Of a stretch of DNA of 41,651 bases, positions 1 through 8,491 are shown in pieces. Source of the stretch: a virus. Taxonomy: Duplodnaviria > Caudoviricetes. The position numbers and the translations under genes are program-made. Each line of letters begins with the position of its first letter. The stretch's first letter is position 1. The stretch is taken from positions 1 to 41,651 of the IMG/VR virus record IMGVR_UViG_3300037851_000257; one strand, written 5' to 3'. A model generated the notes under the pieces. The model was not told where the DNA came from, made no database searches, and worked only from the letters and a program-made list of their open reading frames with translations.

Positions 1-127
1 CCGCCTCGGCCACGCGCGACCGTCCCGGAGTCGTCGATGCCTGCTCCGATTTCTTTCGACACTTTCATCGCTGCCGCCGCGGCCTCCTGCGTCGAGGGCG
101 AGTGGCCCGACATCCCGGCGGCCCCTG
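1..127. repeat. Terminal direct repeat (copy 1) = circular assembly overlap
   Basis: Bases 1-127 are identical to 41525-41651; 127 is a common assembler k-mer length. Confidence 0.95.
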
Positions 128-312
128 GCGAGTTGCACAGCGAGCCGGTCACGCCCCCCGCGCGGCCCTGCGTCTGCACGGTGCCGCCCGAGTCCTTGGC
201 GTGGTGCTCGTGCGAGGCCCGCGCGACGCTCGCGGAAATCGAGCGCGACCTCGGGCGGGAGTGGTTGCTGGTGGCGGTGCTCGCCCTCGTGGGGTTCGAG
301 GCGCGGGCATGA
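37..312 (+). CDS. Hypothetical early protein with C-terminal hydrophobic segment
   Basis: GGAG upstream of ATG37; ATGA overlap with next gene; frame is also open back across the junction to ATG41390. Confidence 0.6.
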   Translation: MPAPISFDTFIAAAAASCVEGEWPDIPAAPGELHSEPVTPPARPCVCTVPPESLAWCSCEARATLAEIERDLGREWLLVAVLALVGFEARA

Positions 313-593
313 GCGCCGCGATGGAGTGGGTGCTGCGCGCGTGGACGGTCATCGCGTTCGTGGTCGCCGTCACAGTGCTGCTGCACGAGATTCGGTTACT
401 GGCGCTGACGGACGTGGCTGAGGAACGCGCCCGGCTACGTGAGGAAGAGCAGGCGCTAGAAGATGCGTGGCTGGCGCTGCACAAACAGTATCCCCGCGTC
501 GCCGCCGCGCAGGACTGGCCGGAGTTGGAGCGCGGCGTGCGCATCAGCCACGACGGGCGCCACACGCTGCGGCAGACGGAGTCGGCGTCATGA
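309..593 (+). CDS. Hypothetical membrane-anchored protein (TM + coiled coil)
   Basis: MSAAMEWVLRAWTVIAFVVAVTVLL; ATGA overlaps at both ends. Confidence 0.7.
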   Translation: MSAAMEWVLRAWTVIAFVVAVTVLLHEIRLLALTDVAEERARLREEEQALEDAWLALHKQYPRVAAAQDWPELERGVRISHDGRHTLRQTESAS

Positions 594-811
594 GCGCGAC
601 CTGGACGCAGGTGCCGGCGTACGACATCGACTGCTGCCGGTGCGGGCTGCGGTACCGGACGGTGGGACAGGCGCCGACGCACTGCGTGCGGTGCCACGAG
701 GCGCTGCGCGCGGCGTGCTGCTGCCGGGCGGTGGACCTGAAGGCGAGCCGGGCGCCGGTGGCGCACGCCGCGGTGGCGGCGCACAAGGCCGACGTGGGGG
801 TGGAGGAATGA
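590..811 (+). CDS. Small Cys-rich (zinc-ribbon) protein
   Basis: CCRCG...HCVRCH...CCC; ATGA-coupled. Confidence 0.65.
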   Translation: MSATWTQVPAYDIDCCRCGLRYRTVGQAPTHCVRCHEALRAACCCRAVDLKASRAPVAHAAVAAHKADVGVEE

Positions 812-942
812 GGGCGCGCTGCATCGACGTGCTCGCCGACGACATCTCGCGGTGCGAGGTCTACCGGCGGCTGTGGCGGCCCGCGCCCGACGTGCGGCCC
901 TGGTGGTCGCGCGTGTGGGCCGTGGTGCGGGGGTGGGTGTGA
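808..942 (+). CDS. Small hypothetical protein
   Basis: GGAGG before ATG808; ATGA overlap; 44 aa. Confidence 0.5.
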   Translation: MRARCIDVLADDISRCEVYRRLWRPAPDVRPWWSRVWAVVRGWV

Positions 943-967
943 AGCGTGGAGAGGAGTTGGTCCGTGC

Positions 968-1309
968 ATGACACCAGCACAGGAAGCAGCACGACTACTT
1001 CGGTGGCGCGGGCTGCCGGACAACGAGGAAGAGCGCGTCGCGCAAATCATGGCGCATCTGCTGCGACCGTTCTCCCCGCTGCGACACAAGACGATTGGGC
1101 TGCGCGTGAAGGCGCTGTGGAACGAGTGGTTCCGTCGAGAGTGGGACGAAAAGGCGGCGACGTGGACGCCTGGGCCGACCGCATCACCGCATCTCTCAAC
1201 CGCACCGTCGAAGGCATCTTCGAGACGGGCCGCCTCCTCTGCGACGCCAAAGCCGCGCTCGACCACGGCAAGTGGATGCGGCTTCACGAAGAAGGGCGCA
1301 TCCCGCTGA
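968..1309 (+). CDS. Hypothetical protein (3' half overlaps DUF3102-like ORF)
   Basis: GAGGAG upstream; first ~62 aa look protein-like (MTPAQEAARLLRWRGLPDNEEERV). Confidence 0.4.
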   Translation: MTPAQEAARLLRWRGLPDNEEERVAQIMAHLLRPFSPLRHKTIGLRVKALWNEWFRREWDEKAATWTPGPTASPHLSTAPSKASSRRAASSATPKPRSTTASGCGFTKKGASR

Positions 1310-1752
1310 GTGAGCGCAGCGCGCAGCACTTCATGGCGATCTGGACCGCGCGGGATCGGTTGCTGCCAAAAGCGCAACACGTTGCGCTTTTGCCTCCGTC
1401 CTGGGGCACCCTCTACGACCTCCAAGCCCTGCCCGACGACACGCTCGCGTGGGCCATCGAACAGGGCCAGGTCCGGCCCGATATGCAGCGGAAGGACGTG
1501 CCGAAACTGCGCCGCGCGTTCGCCGACGCGCAGGGGGACGCCGCGCTAGGCACGCCCGCCGCGGACGTGGACGAAGACGCCCATCCCGACTGGTCGGGCC
1601 TGTCGCCGGACAAGCTCCGCATGGCGCGGCTGAGGGCAGACGGCGCGACCTACGGCTACTTGCGGAAGGCGTGGCGCAACTACCCGCACGAGGAGTGGGC
1701 TTCGTTCAAGGCGCAGGTCTTGGAGGTCGTCGGCGGGGAGCGAGGCCTGTAA
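1162..1752 (+). CDS. DUF3102-like protein
   Basis: IFETGRLLCDAKAALDHGKW...LSERSAQHFMAIW resembles the DUF3102 pattern; GTG1162 start inferred (ORF track 946..1752). Confidence 0.7.
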   Translation: MDAWADRITASLNRTVEGIFETGRLLCDAKAALDHGKWMRLHEEGRIPLSERSAQHFMAIWTARDRLLPKAQHVALLPPSWGTLYDLQALPDDTLAWAIEQGQVRPDMQRKDVPKLRRAFADAQGDAALGTPAADVDEDAHPDWSGLSPDKLRMARLRADGATYGYLRKAWRNYPHEEWASFKAQVLEVVGGERGL

Positions 1753-3201
1753 ATGGAGAAGCACTGGGCCGTGCCGGAAGCCGGCATCCTGAACGCGCTG
1801 CGGTACCAGCCATTGAGCTGGCGAGAGTGCCTCGGCGAACTGATCGACAACGCCATTGACGCTGAGGCGACACAGCTCACGATCAGCGGCACCTCACAAG
1901 CCCTCAACGTGCATGACAACGGGGTGGGGTGTCTCGACCCCAGCGTCATGATCCGGCTCGGGTCACACCAGGAGTACTCCTCCACGCAATCGGGCCTTTT
2001 CGGGATGGGCGGGAAGACCGTTGCGCTCTGGCTGTGGGGGCAGACGGACATCGTCACGAAGTCCGCAGCGGATGGCGCAGTGAGGGGGCTACGTGTGCGG
2101 TGGGACGACATCACTCACTGGTCCGACTTCAAGGCGCCGGTGGTCATCAAGGGCGCTGGCGCCCGGAAGTTCGACGGAGACCACGGGACCAGCATCACGT
2201 ACAACCCGTCCTCGAACCGTCATATCCACACCATCGCGCAGGCGCAGACGCGGGACTGGTTGCAGTGGGTGTTCCGCCCAGCGCTGCAGCAAGGCCGCGT
2301 CATTCGCATCGCCTACGGCGGGAAGGCGTTCGAGCTGAAGCCACCACCGTTCCCCACACTAGTCGAGAAGATTGAGTGTGAGGGCAGCATCGGGGGGAAA
2401 GAGTTCCGCTTGACGGCCGGCATCATCGATCAGAGTGAGTCAGTTAGCCGGTCTGGCTTTCACCTCGTGCGTGGTCCGCGTGTCATTGAGACCACGAATG
2501 AGCCCGCCAACGGGTTCGACGCCTCGCGGTTCTTCGCGTGGGTGGAACTGGACCGGACGCACTGGACCCCCGCGCTGAACAAGAACAAGCTCACCGACGT
2601 TGACCGCGACGACCTGTTCGACAAGCTGCGCGAGCTGTGCGAGCCACTGTTGAAAGAGGCCGAGACGTGGGCCGAGATGGTGGGGAACGAGGCGATCGAG
2701 CAGGAGGTCAGTGAGGCCCTACGCTACGCCCACAGTGCGGCCTACGGTGTGGAACTCCACATCAAGGCGAAGCGCCATTCTCCAGAACACGAGACGGGCG
2801 CGGTGAAGCCGCAGAAGACCACGAAGACACACAAGCGGACGCAGCGGGCGCAGGACGGCGACAAGACGATGGCGACGCCGCGCGAGCACAGTCACGGGCG
2901 CGGCATCCTCTTCAAGTTGAACCCGCTCGATGACCGCCAGTTCTACAAGTGTGAACGCCAACAGAAGAAACTAACAGTCACCTTCAACAACCGTCTCGCT
3001 CTCGTCAAGGCGCTTGCGCTGGAGCGCGGGAAGAACGCACTAAAGGGGATGGCGATGGCCGCCGCCGGTGTGTATGAGGCGACTCACACAGCCGAGCAGG
3101 CCGCTATCGGCGCGAACATCGCCGAGGATTGCCTGAACCGCGTCTGGTTGGGCTGGCATGACCAGTTCATCGCCGAGGCAGAACCGGCGGTGGCGTCATG
3201 A
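1753..3201 (+). CDS. GHKL (HATPase_c, MORC-like) ATPase
   Basis: Bergerat-fold motifs ELIDNAIDA, DNGVG, GLFGMGGK; no kinase HisKA or gyrase TOPRIM seen. Confidence 0.85.
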   Translation: MEKHWAVPEAGILNALRYQPLSWRECLGELIDNAIDAEATQLTISGTSQALNVHDNGVGCLDPSVMIRLGSHQEYSSTQSGLFGMGGKTVALWLWGQTDIVTKSAADGAVRGLRVRWDDITHWSDFKAPVVIKGAGARKFDGDHGTSITYNPSSNRHIHTIAQAQTRDWLQWVFRPALQQGRVIRIAYGGKAFELKPPPFPTLVEKIECEGSIGGKEFRLTAGIIDQSESVSRSGFHLVRGPRVIETTNEPANGFDASRFFAWVELDRTHWTPALNKNKLTDVDRDDLFDKLRELCEPLLKEAETWAEMVGNEAIEQEVSEALRYAHSAAYGVELHIKAKRHSPEHETGAVKPQKTTKTHKRTQRAQDGDKTMATPREHSHGRGILFKLNPLDDRQFYKCERQQKKLTVTFNNRLALVKALALERGKNALKGMAMAAAGVYEATHTAEQAAIGANIAEDCLNRVWLGWHDQFIAEAEPAVAS

Positions 3202-3398
3202 CGCACGGACTAGCCCCTGAACTTTCCCGCCGCGACGGCAGCAAAGCGGCGGTGCTCGCGCGCCTCCAGCGCGGGGCCGCCACCAACGTCGAACTCAACG
3301 ACCTCTGTTACCGTACGGTGGCCGGCACGGTGACGCGGACGTCGCCGGACGGCGCGCGACACGTCTACTTTCACGCGCAACGGGCGGTGACGGCGTGA
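3198..3398 (+). CDS. Small protein, possibly truncated winged-helix
   Basis: VLARLQRGAATNVELNDLCYR resembles the start of a wHTH; coupled at both ends. Confidence 0.5.
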   Translation: MTHGLAPELSRRDGSKAAVLARLQRGAATNVELNDLCYRTVAGTVTRTSPDGARHVYFHAQRAVTA

Positions 3399-3652
3399 GC
3401 GGAGGGGCGTGTCGGCGCTGCGGGTTGCCGGCGCACGCGATCGGGCGCTCGACGCCGTGTCTCGGCGCGGCGGACGCGCGCGAGCTGCTCGAGTTGTGCG
3501 AGGTGCAAGCGCGGGAGTTGCGGGCGGCGCGCGCGGGCGTCCAGGCGTTGCGCGGGGCGCTGGCCGGGATCGCGGCGCGTGGGTCCGGACACGCGCGCGG
3601 CTGTCGGTGCGCGGCGTGCGACGCGTTGCGCGCGCTCGAGGCGTGCGGGTAA
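3395..3652 (+). CDS. Small Cys-rich hypothetical protein
   Basis: CRRCG and GCRCAAC motifs; GTGA overlap. Confidence 0.55.
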   Translation: MSGGACRRCGLPAHAIGRSTPCLGAADARELLELCEVQARELRAARAGVQALRGALAGIAARGSGHARGCRCAACDALRALEACG

Positions 3653-3656
3653 CGCG

Positions 3657-3965
3657 ATGCCGATCCGGCCGGAGAACCGCGCGCGGTATCCAAAGGACTG
3701 GGCGCTTCGGTCGCGGTTCGTGCGGTTTGTTCGTGCGCGTGGCCGTTGCGAATGGTGCGGGGCGGCGCATGGGGCGGCGCATCCGATCACGGGGGCGCGG
3801 GTTGTGTTGACCACGGCGCACGTGTACGACGAGCGGCCGGAGGCGGCGTCGCTGCTGAACCTCGCGGCGCTCTGCCAGCGGTGCCACAACCGACATGACG
3901 CGAAGGCGCGACGGTGCCGGGCGTGGGTGCGGCGCCAGCCGTCGTTGTTCGTGGAGGGGCGATAA
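3657..3965 (+). CDS. HNH endonuclease
   Basis: MPIRPENRARYPKDW...CEWCG...LTTAH...NLAALCQRCHNRHD. Confidence 0.85.
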   Translation: MPIRPENRARYPKDWALRSRFVRFVRARGRCEWCGAAHGAAHPITGARVVLTTAHVYDERPEAASLLNLAALCQRCHNRHDAKARRCRAWVRRQPSLFVEGR

Positions 3966-3967
3966 CA

Positions 3968-4387
3968 ATGCCTCCGCTCCTGCACGTCACGATTCCCGGC
4001 CTGCCACAACCGCAGGGCAGCGCACGAGCCTTCCGGCGCGGCCAGCGCGTGATTGTGACCTCGGCCAACCCCAAGCTCGCGGCGTGGCGCGATCGCCTCG
4101 CATTCGGCATCGTCGCAAGCCGTGGGGGCCGTCCCTGCCATCGGCACGACGGACCCGTGCGGTTAGAGGTCACCTTCGCACTGCCGCGGCCGAAGTCCTG
4201 CCCGAAGAGCCGCACGTTCCCGCTGACACGCCCGGATTTGGACAAGCTCGTGAGGGCATGTTGCGACTCGATGACCGACGCGGGCGTCTGGCGCGACGAC
4301 GCGCAGATGGTGGCGTTGCTCGCGATGAAGACCTACACGACGGACACGCCCGGCGTCACGCTGACCGCCTGGGCGCAGGAGGACTGA
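3968..4387 (+). CDS. rusA: RusA-family Holliday junction resolvase
   Basis: PQPQGS...RPDLDKLVRACCDSMT...WRDDAQMV catalytic Asp/Lys pattern. Confidence 0.9.
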   Translation: MPPLLHVTIPGLPQPQGSARAFRRGQRVIVTSANPKLAAWRDRLAFGIVASRGGRPCHRHDGPVRLEVTFALPRPKSCPKSRTFPLTRPDLDKLVRACCDSMTDAGVWRDDAQMVALLAMKTYTTDTPGVTLTAWAQED

Positions 4388-4389
4388 CG

Positions 4390-6477
4390 GTGACCATCCG
4401 CGCGACCGACCTCACGTACCAGGGCTGCTACCGATTTCCCGGCAGTCCCGACGCGCAGTCCCTGACGCCGTCGTGGTCCGGGCTGTTCAAGGGACTCGTG
4501 TTCAGCTTCGAGGGGCTGAAGCCGGCCGTCAAGGTCTGGCGGATGCCGACCGAGGCACCCGGCCCGGACCCGACGACCGCCCCGCCGCTCACGAAGGTGC
4601 TTGACCTTGGCGCGATCTGGCAGAAGGACAAGCACCGCCGCACCGACGGCCTGCCGTCGTTCAACCTGATTCCGAGCTTACAGGACCCGGAAGTGCACGA
4701 CGGCCAGTACCGCGCGCAGAGCCTGTTCTGGGACGACAAGCAGCAGCTCCTCGGGTTCGTCATCAGCCCGTGGTACGCGCACGACTGGATGCCCGGCGGC
4801 GGCGGCTGGCCGACGCTGATGTGGTTCGACCTGAAGCCGATGGTGCGCGTCAACGCGACGACCGGCGCGCTCGAGCTGACCGGCGAGGTGCCCATCGTGT
4901 ACGGCCCGTTCCGCTGGGACGTGACCGACATGTGCGCCAACCAGATCGTGGGCTACGCGCCGCCCGACCTGCAAGCTGCACTGAACCTGCACCCCGAGGT
5001 GGCGGGGCCAGGGCCGCACCTCCTCGCGGTCGGCCACGAGCGCAGCGGCCTCGTGCTCGGTACCTGGGGGCCGGGGCTGACCGTGCTGCAGCGCCCGAAC
5101 CGGAAGACGCCGGCGTGTGATCTGCGCGTCATGTCGGCGAGCCAGCCAGGCGCCGACGACCCGAACCCCGGCGAGGCCGCGTGGCCGATGCTGCGCGGGG
5201 CGCTCGTCGTCCACCACCCGGTCATGAAGATGTACATCAACGAACCGGGCGTGCCGCGTCCCGAGATTCGGAACTGCAGCCCGTTGCCGAACCCGTGGCG
5301 GTTCCGCGACGGCCGCATCGTCTACGACCCCGCCGGGCCTCTCAGCGAGTCCACCTGGGAACTCATCTGGGGCGGGCGGCACCAGTCGTGGTCGTCGTTC
5401 TGCCAGCGTCCCTACTACCGCTACACGGCGGACGGGCGCGTCATCGGCCCGACGGAACCGGCTGAGTGCGGGCGGCCCGCCGACGAGGTCTTCGACCGGC
5501 CGGCATGGCTCGACGCGAACAAGGTGCCGATGCCGGGCGGCTGCAACCCCTACAACCAGGACGCGCATAAGCACAACCACGCCGTGCTGGTCACCGCCTC
5601 GGGCGGGCGGCGCTCGCTGCTGACGCAGGGCGCCGCGTTCCTGGGCTCGCGCTGGTACGGGGAACCCGCCGAGTTCTGCGCGACCGACGCCGAGGTGCCG
5701 ATGACGGCCGACGACGGCGCCGTGTCCGTCGCGCTGGAAGCGGGCGCCGTGGTGACGCTGCCGGAGCACGTCATCGCCGACCGCACCAACCTCCTGCGGT
5801 TGGACCTGTCCGGGACCGGCCAGGTGGACATCGCCATCGAGTGGTCCGAGGACGACGGCGCGACGTGGGAGGAGTTCTGGAGTCCCGGCCCGAAGGGCAG
5901 CCGCCGCTACTACCGCTACGACGGCGCCCTCGGCCCGGCGCGCTACAACCACCTCGCGCCGCCGGAGAACAGCCGGTATCGCGTGCGGCTTGCGGCGGTC
6001 ACGACGGTGGACCTTGCGGTGGGTATGCGACAGTTCGCGCCGGGCGGACCAGCGAGCGAACGGTTCCAGTCGCGCTACTTTCCCGGCCAGTGGGTGTACG
6101 ACCGCAGCTTCGGGGGCAGAGGCTTCGGCGAGGAAGCGCGCTTCATGACGTTCGGCCTGATGACCGTCACCGCCGACACCGTCCTCGGGCGCACGCCGCG
6201 CGCCCGCTACGACGAGGAAGTGCGCGTGGCTGACCAGTGGCCCGGCGTCATCATCGACGAGACGACCATGCCGTGGGACCAGCGTCCCATCCCCATCCCC
6301 GGCGTCGCCGCGAGAACCGACATCAAGGTCGATGTCACGGGCGGGTACCAGAAGGGCAATCGCCTCTACCTGCTGACGAACGACGCCTACCCCGTCGCCA
6401 CGCGCCCGGACGCGCCGGTGGACCTCGCGCAGGTCACGAAGACCGGCGCCGTCGTCAACGTGTGGGGCGTCAAGTGA
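4390..6477 (+). CDS. Large hypothetical protein (~695 aa), contains an Asp-box
   Basis: GTG4390 just after rusA stop; high-GC3 codon bias; SEDDGATW = SxDxGxTW; GTGA overlap with yqaJ. Confidence 0.8.
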   Translation: MTIRATDLTYQGCYRFPGSPDAQSLTPSWSGLFKGLVFSFEGLKPAVKVWRMPTEAPGPDPTTAPPLTKVLDLGAIWQKDKHRRTDGLPSFNLIPSLQDPEVHDGQYRAQSLFWDDKQQLLGFVISPWYAHDWMPGGGGWPTLMWFDLKPMVRVNATTGALELTGEVPIVYGPFRWDVTDMCANQIVGYAPPDLQAALNLHPEVAGPGPHLLAVGHERSGLVLGTWGPGLTVLQRPNRKTPACDLRVMSASQPGADDPNPGEAAWPMLRGALVVHHPVMKMYINEPGVPRPEIRNCSPLPNPWRFRDGRIVYDPAGPLSESTWELIWGGRHQSWSSFCQRPYYRYTADGRVIGPTEPAECGRPADEVFDRPAWLDANKVPMPGGCNPYNQDAHKHNHAVLVTASGGRRSLLTQGAAFLGSRWYGEPAEFCATDAEVPMTADDGAVSVALEAGAVVTLPEHVIADRTNLLRLDLSGTGQVDIAIEWSEDDGATWEEFWSPGPKGSRRYYRYDGALGPARYNHLAPPENSRYRVRLAAVTTVDLAVGMRQFAPGGPASERFQSRYFPGQWVYDRSFGGRGFGEEARFMTFGLMTVTADTVLGRTPRARYDEEVRVADQWPGVIIDETTMPWDQRPIPIPGVAARTDIKVDVTGGYQKGNRLYLLTNDAYPVATRPDAPVDLAQVTKTGAVVNVWGVK

Positions 6478-7421
6478 CGACCGTCGCCACCACCCCGGAG
6501 CTGCTGCCGGGCTGCACCACGCACCGGCACGCCACGCGCGAGGACTGGCTCTTCACGCGCCGCAGCGCCATCACCGCGACCGACGCGGCGGCCATCCTCG
6601 GCGTCTCGCCCTGGAAGACCGCCTACGTCCTCTGGGCGTCCAAGTTGGGCCTCATCGACGACGACCCCGAGTCCGAGGCCATGCGCTGGGGCACGCGCCT
6701 CGAACCGCTCATCGCCGAGCGGTACGCCGAAGAAACCGGGCGCGAGCTCGTCTGCCCGCAGCCCTGGACCCTCTACTGCTCGACGGTGCCCGGCCGCGAG
6801 TGGCAGGCCACCAGCCTCGACCGCGTCGTCGTCGGCGACCCGCGCGGTCTGGGCTTGGTGGAGTGCAAGACTACGTCGGCCTTCCGCGCCGGGGACTGGG
6901 CCGACGGCGTGCCGGAGGCGTGCCGCGTCCAGGTCCAGCACGAGTTGGCCGTCACCGGCTGTGCCTGGGCGTCCGTCGCCGTCCTCATCGGCGGCCAGCA
7001 GTTCCTCTGGACGGACCTCACGCGCGACGACACGTTCATCTACGACGTGCTGCTGCCGGCCGAAGCCGCGTTCTGGCAGCAGCTCGTGACGCAGACGCCG
7101 CCCGAGGTGGACGGGTCAGATGCCGCGCGAGCGGCCCTGCACGCCCGCTACCCGCGCGAGGCCGCCGGCACGACCATCGCCCTGCCGCCCGAGGCGGACG
7201 CCTGGGACGCGGAACGCCAGGCCGCCCTACAGGCCATCAGCGAGGCCGAGGCGCGCAAGGCCACGGCCGAGAACCACCTCAAAGCCCTCATCGGCGACGC
7301 CGAGCGCGGCAGCCTGCCGTGCGGCGTCAGCTACCAGTGGAAGACCGTCAACCGCCGCGAACACGTCGTCGCGGCGAGTGCGTGCCGCGTGCTGCGGCGC
7401 GTGGGAGGGAGCACGTCATGA
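6474..7421 (+). CDS. yqaJ: YqaJ-like (lambda exonuclease family) nuclease
   Basis: REDWLFTRRSAITATDAAAILG...WGTRLEP...ATSLD...ECKT...QVQH. Confidence 0.92.
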   Translation: MTTVATTPELLPGCTTHRHATREDWLFTRRSAITATDAAAILGVSPWKTAYVLWASKLGLIDDDPESEAMRWGTRLEPLIAERYAEETGRELVCPQPWTLYCSTVPGREWQATSLDRVVVGDPRGLGLVECKTTSAFRAGDWADGVPEACRVQVQHELAVTGCAWASVAVLIGGQQFLWTDLTRDDTFIYDVLLPAEAAFWQQLVTQTPPEVDGSDAARAALHARYPREAAGTTIALPPEADAWDAERQAALQAISEAEARKATAENHLKALIGDAERGSLPCGVSYQWKTVNRREHVVAASACRVLRRVGGSTS

Positions 7422-8203
7422 GTCAACTCGTGTCCATGAAGGACAAGGTCGAGAACGTCCGCACCATGCTGGAGCGGATGAAGGGGCAGATGCTGATGTC
7501 GCTGCCGCGCCACATCACGCCCGACCGGATGATTCGGTTGGCGATGACGACCGTGCAGCGCACGCCCGAGTTGCTGGAGTGCGAGCCGCGGTCGCTGGCC
7601 GGCGCGCTCCTGCAGGCGTCGCAGCTCGGGCTGGAACCCGACGGCGTGCTTGGGCAGGCGTACCTAGTGCCGTTCCGCAACAACAAGACCGGCAAGCGCG
7701 AGGTGCAGTTCATCGCGGGCTACAAGGGCCTCGTGTCGCTCGCGCGCCGCAGCGGCGAGGTGAGCAGCATCGACGCCCGCGTGGTGCGCGAGGGCGACCG
7801 CTTCGCTTACTCGTTCGGGCTGTCCCCGACGCTCACGCACTCCCCGGCCGAGGCGCCTGCGGCCACCGCGCCCATCACGCACGCCTACGCCGTCATCAAG
7901 TTGAAGGACGGCGGGCACCAGTTCGACGTGATGACGAAGGCGGAAATTGACGCCATCCGCGCGCAGAGTCGCGCCGGGCAGTCGGGCCCCTGGGTCACGC
8001 ACGAGGCCGAGATGGCGAAGAAGACGGTGTTGCGCCGCGCGTTGAAGCTCGCGCCCATGTCCGTCGAAGCGCACCGCGCCGTCGCGCTCGACGAGCTCGC
8101 CGAGGACGGCGTCCCGCAAGACCTCGACGGCCTCGTGGACACGCACACCGGCGAGGTGCTCGACGCCAGCCCGGTGACCACCACCGCGCCGCCGCAGCCG
8201 TAG
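7418..8203 (+). CDS. recT: RecT single-strand annealing protein
   Basis: LPRHITPDRMIR...SQLGLEPD..LGQAYLVPF...QFIAGYKG...EMAKKTVLRR. Confidence 0.95.
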   Translation: MSQLVSMKDKVENVRTMLERMKGQMLMSLPRHITPDRMIRLAMTTVQRTPELLECEPRSLAGALLQASQLGLEPDGVLGQAYLVPFRNNKTGKREVQFIAGYKGLVSLARRSGEVSSIDARVVREGDRFAYSFGLSPTLTHSPAEAPAATAPITHAYAVIKLKDGGHQFDVMTKAEIDAIRAQSRAGQSGPWVTHEAEMAKKTVLRRALKLAPMSVEAHRAVALDELAEDGVPQDLDGLVDTHTGEVLDASPVTTTAPPQP

Positions 8204-8205
8204 CC

Positions 8206-8481
8206 ATGCGCCCGCCACTGATTAGCGACTGGGTAGACGCCAACCTGCGTCGCATCCGCGCCATGCACCAGTTCACGCTCAGCCCGGACGACTGCTGGGC
8301 CCGGCGCGAGGCGCCCGTGGCCGCCACCGGCGAGATGCTCGACCACGGCGACGCGAGTTGCATCCGCCGGGCCTACGCCGCGCAGCACGAGGTAGGGCTC
8401 GACTCCTGGCAGGAGCAGAAGGACCGCGCCTACTACCTGCGCGGCGTCGGCCACAAACGGCAGGGACACGGAAAGCGGTAA
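8206..8481 (+). CDS. Hypothetical protein
   Basis: Fills the gap between recT and the replication gene. Confidence 0.6.
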   Translation: MRPPLISDWVDANLRRIRAMHQFTLSPDDCWARREAPVAATGEMLDHGDASCIRRAYAAQHEVGLDSWQEQKDRAYYLRGVGHKRQGHGKR

Positions 8482-8491
8482 CGCCCACATC

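Noticed and set aside
1-127. Biological terminal repeat (T7-like DTR)
   Set aside because: Length equals a common assembler k-mer, it falls inside an early gene region, and the packaging genes point to cos ends near 10.1 kb
3895-4389. N-terminal 165 aa of the 860-aa ORF call
   Set aside because: Overlaps HNH and rusA in another frame; GTG4390 is the more plausible start
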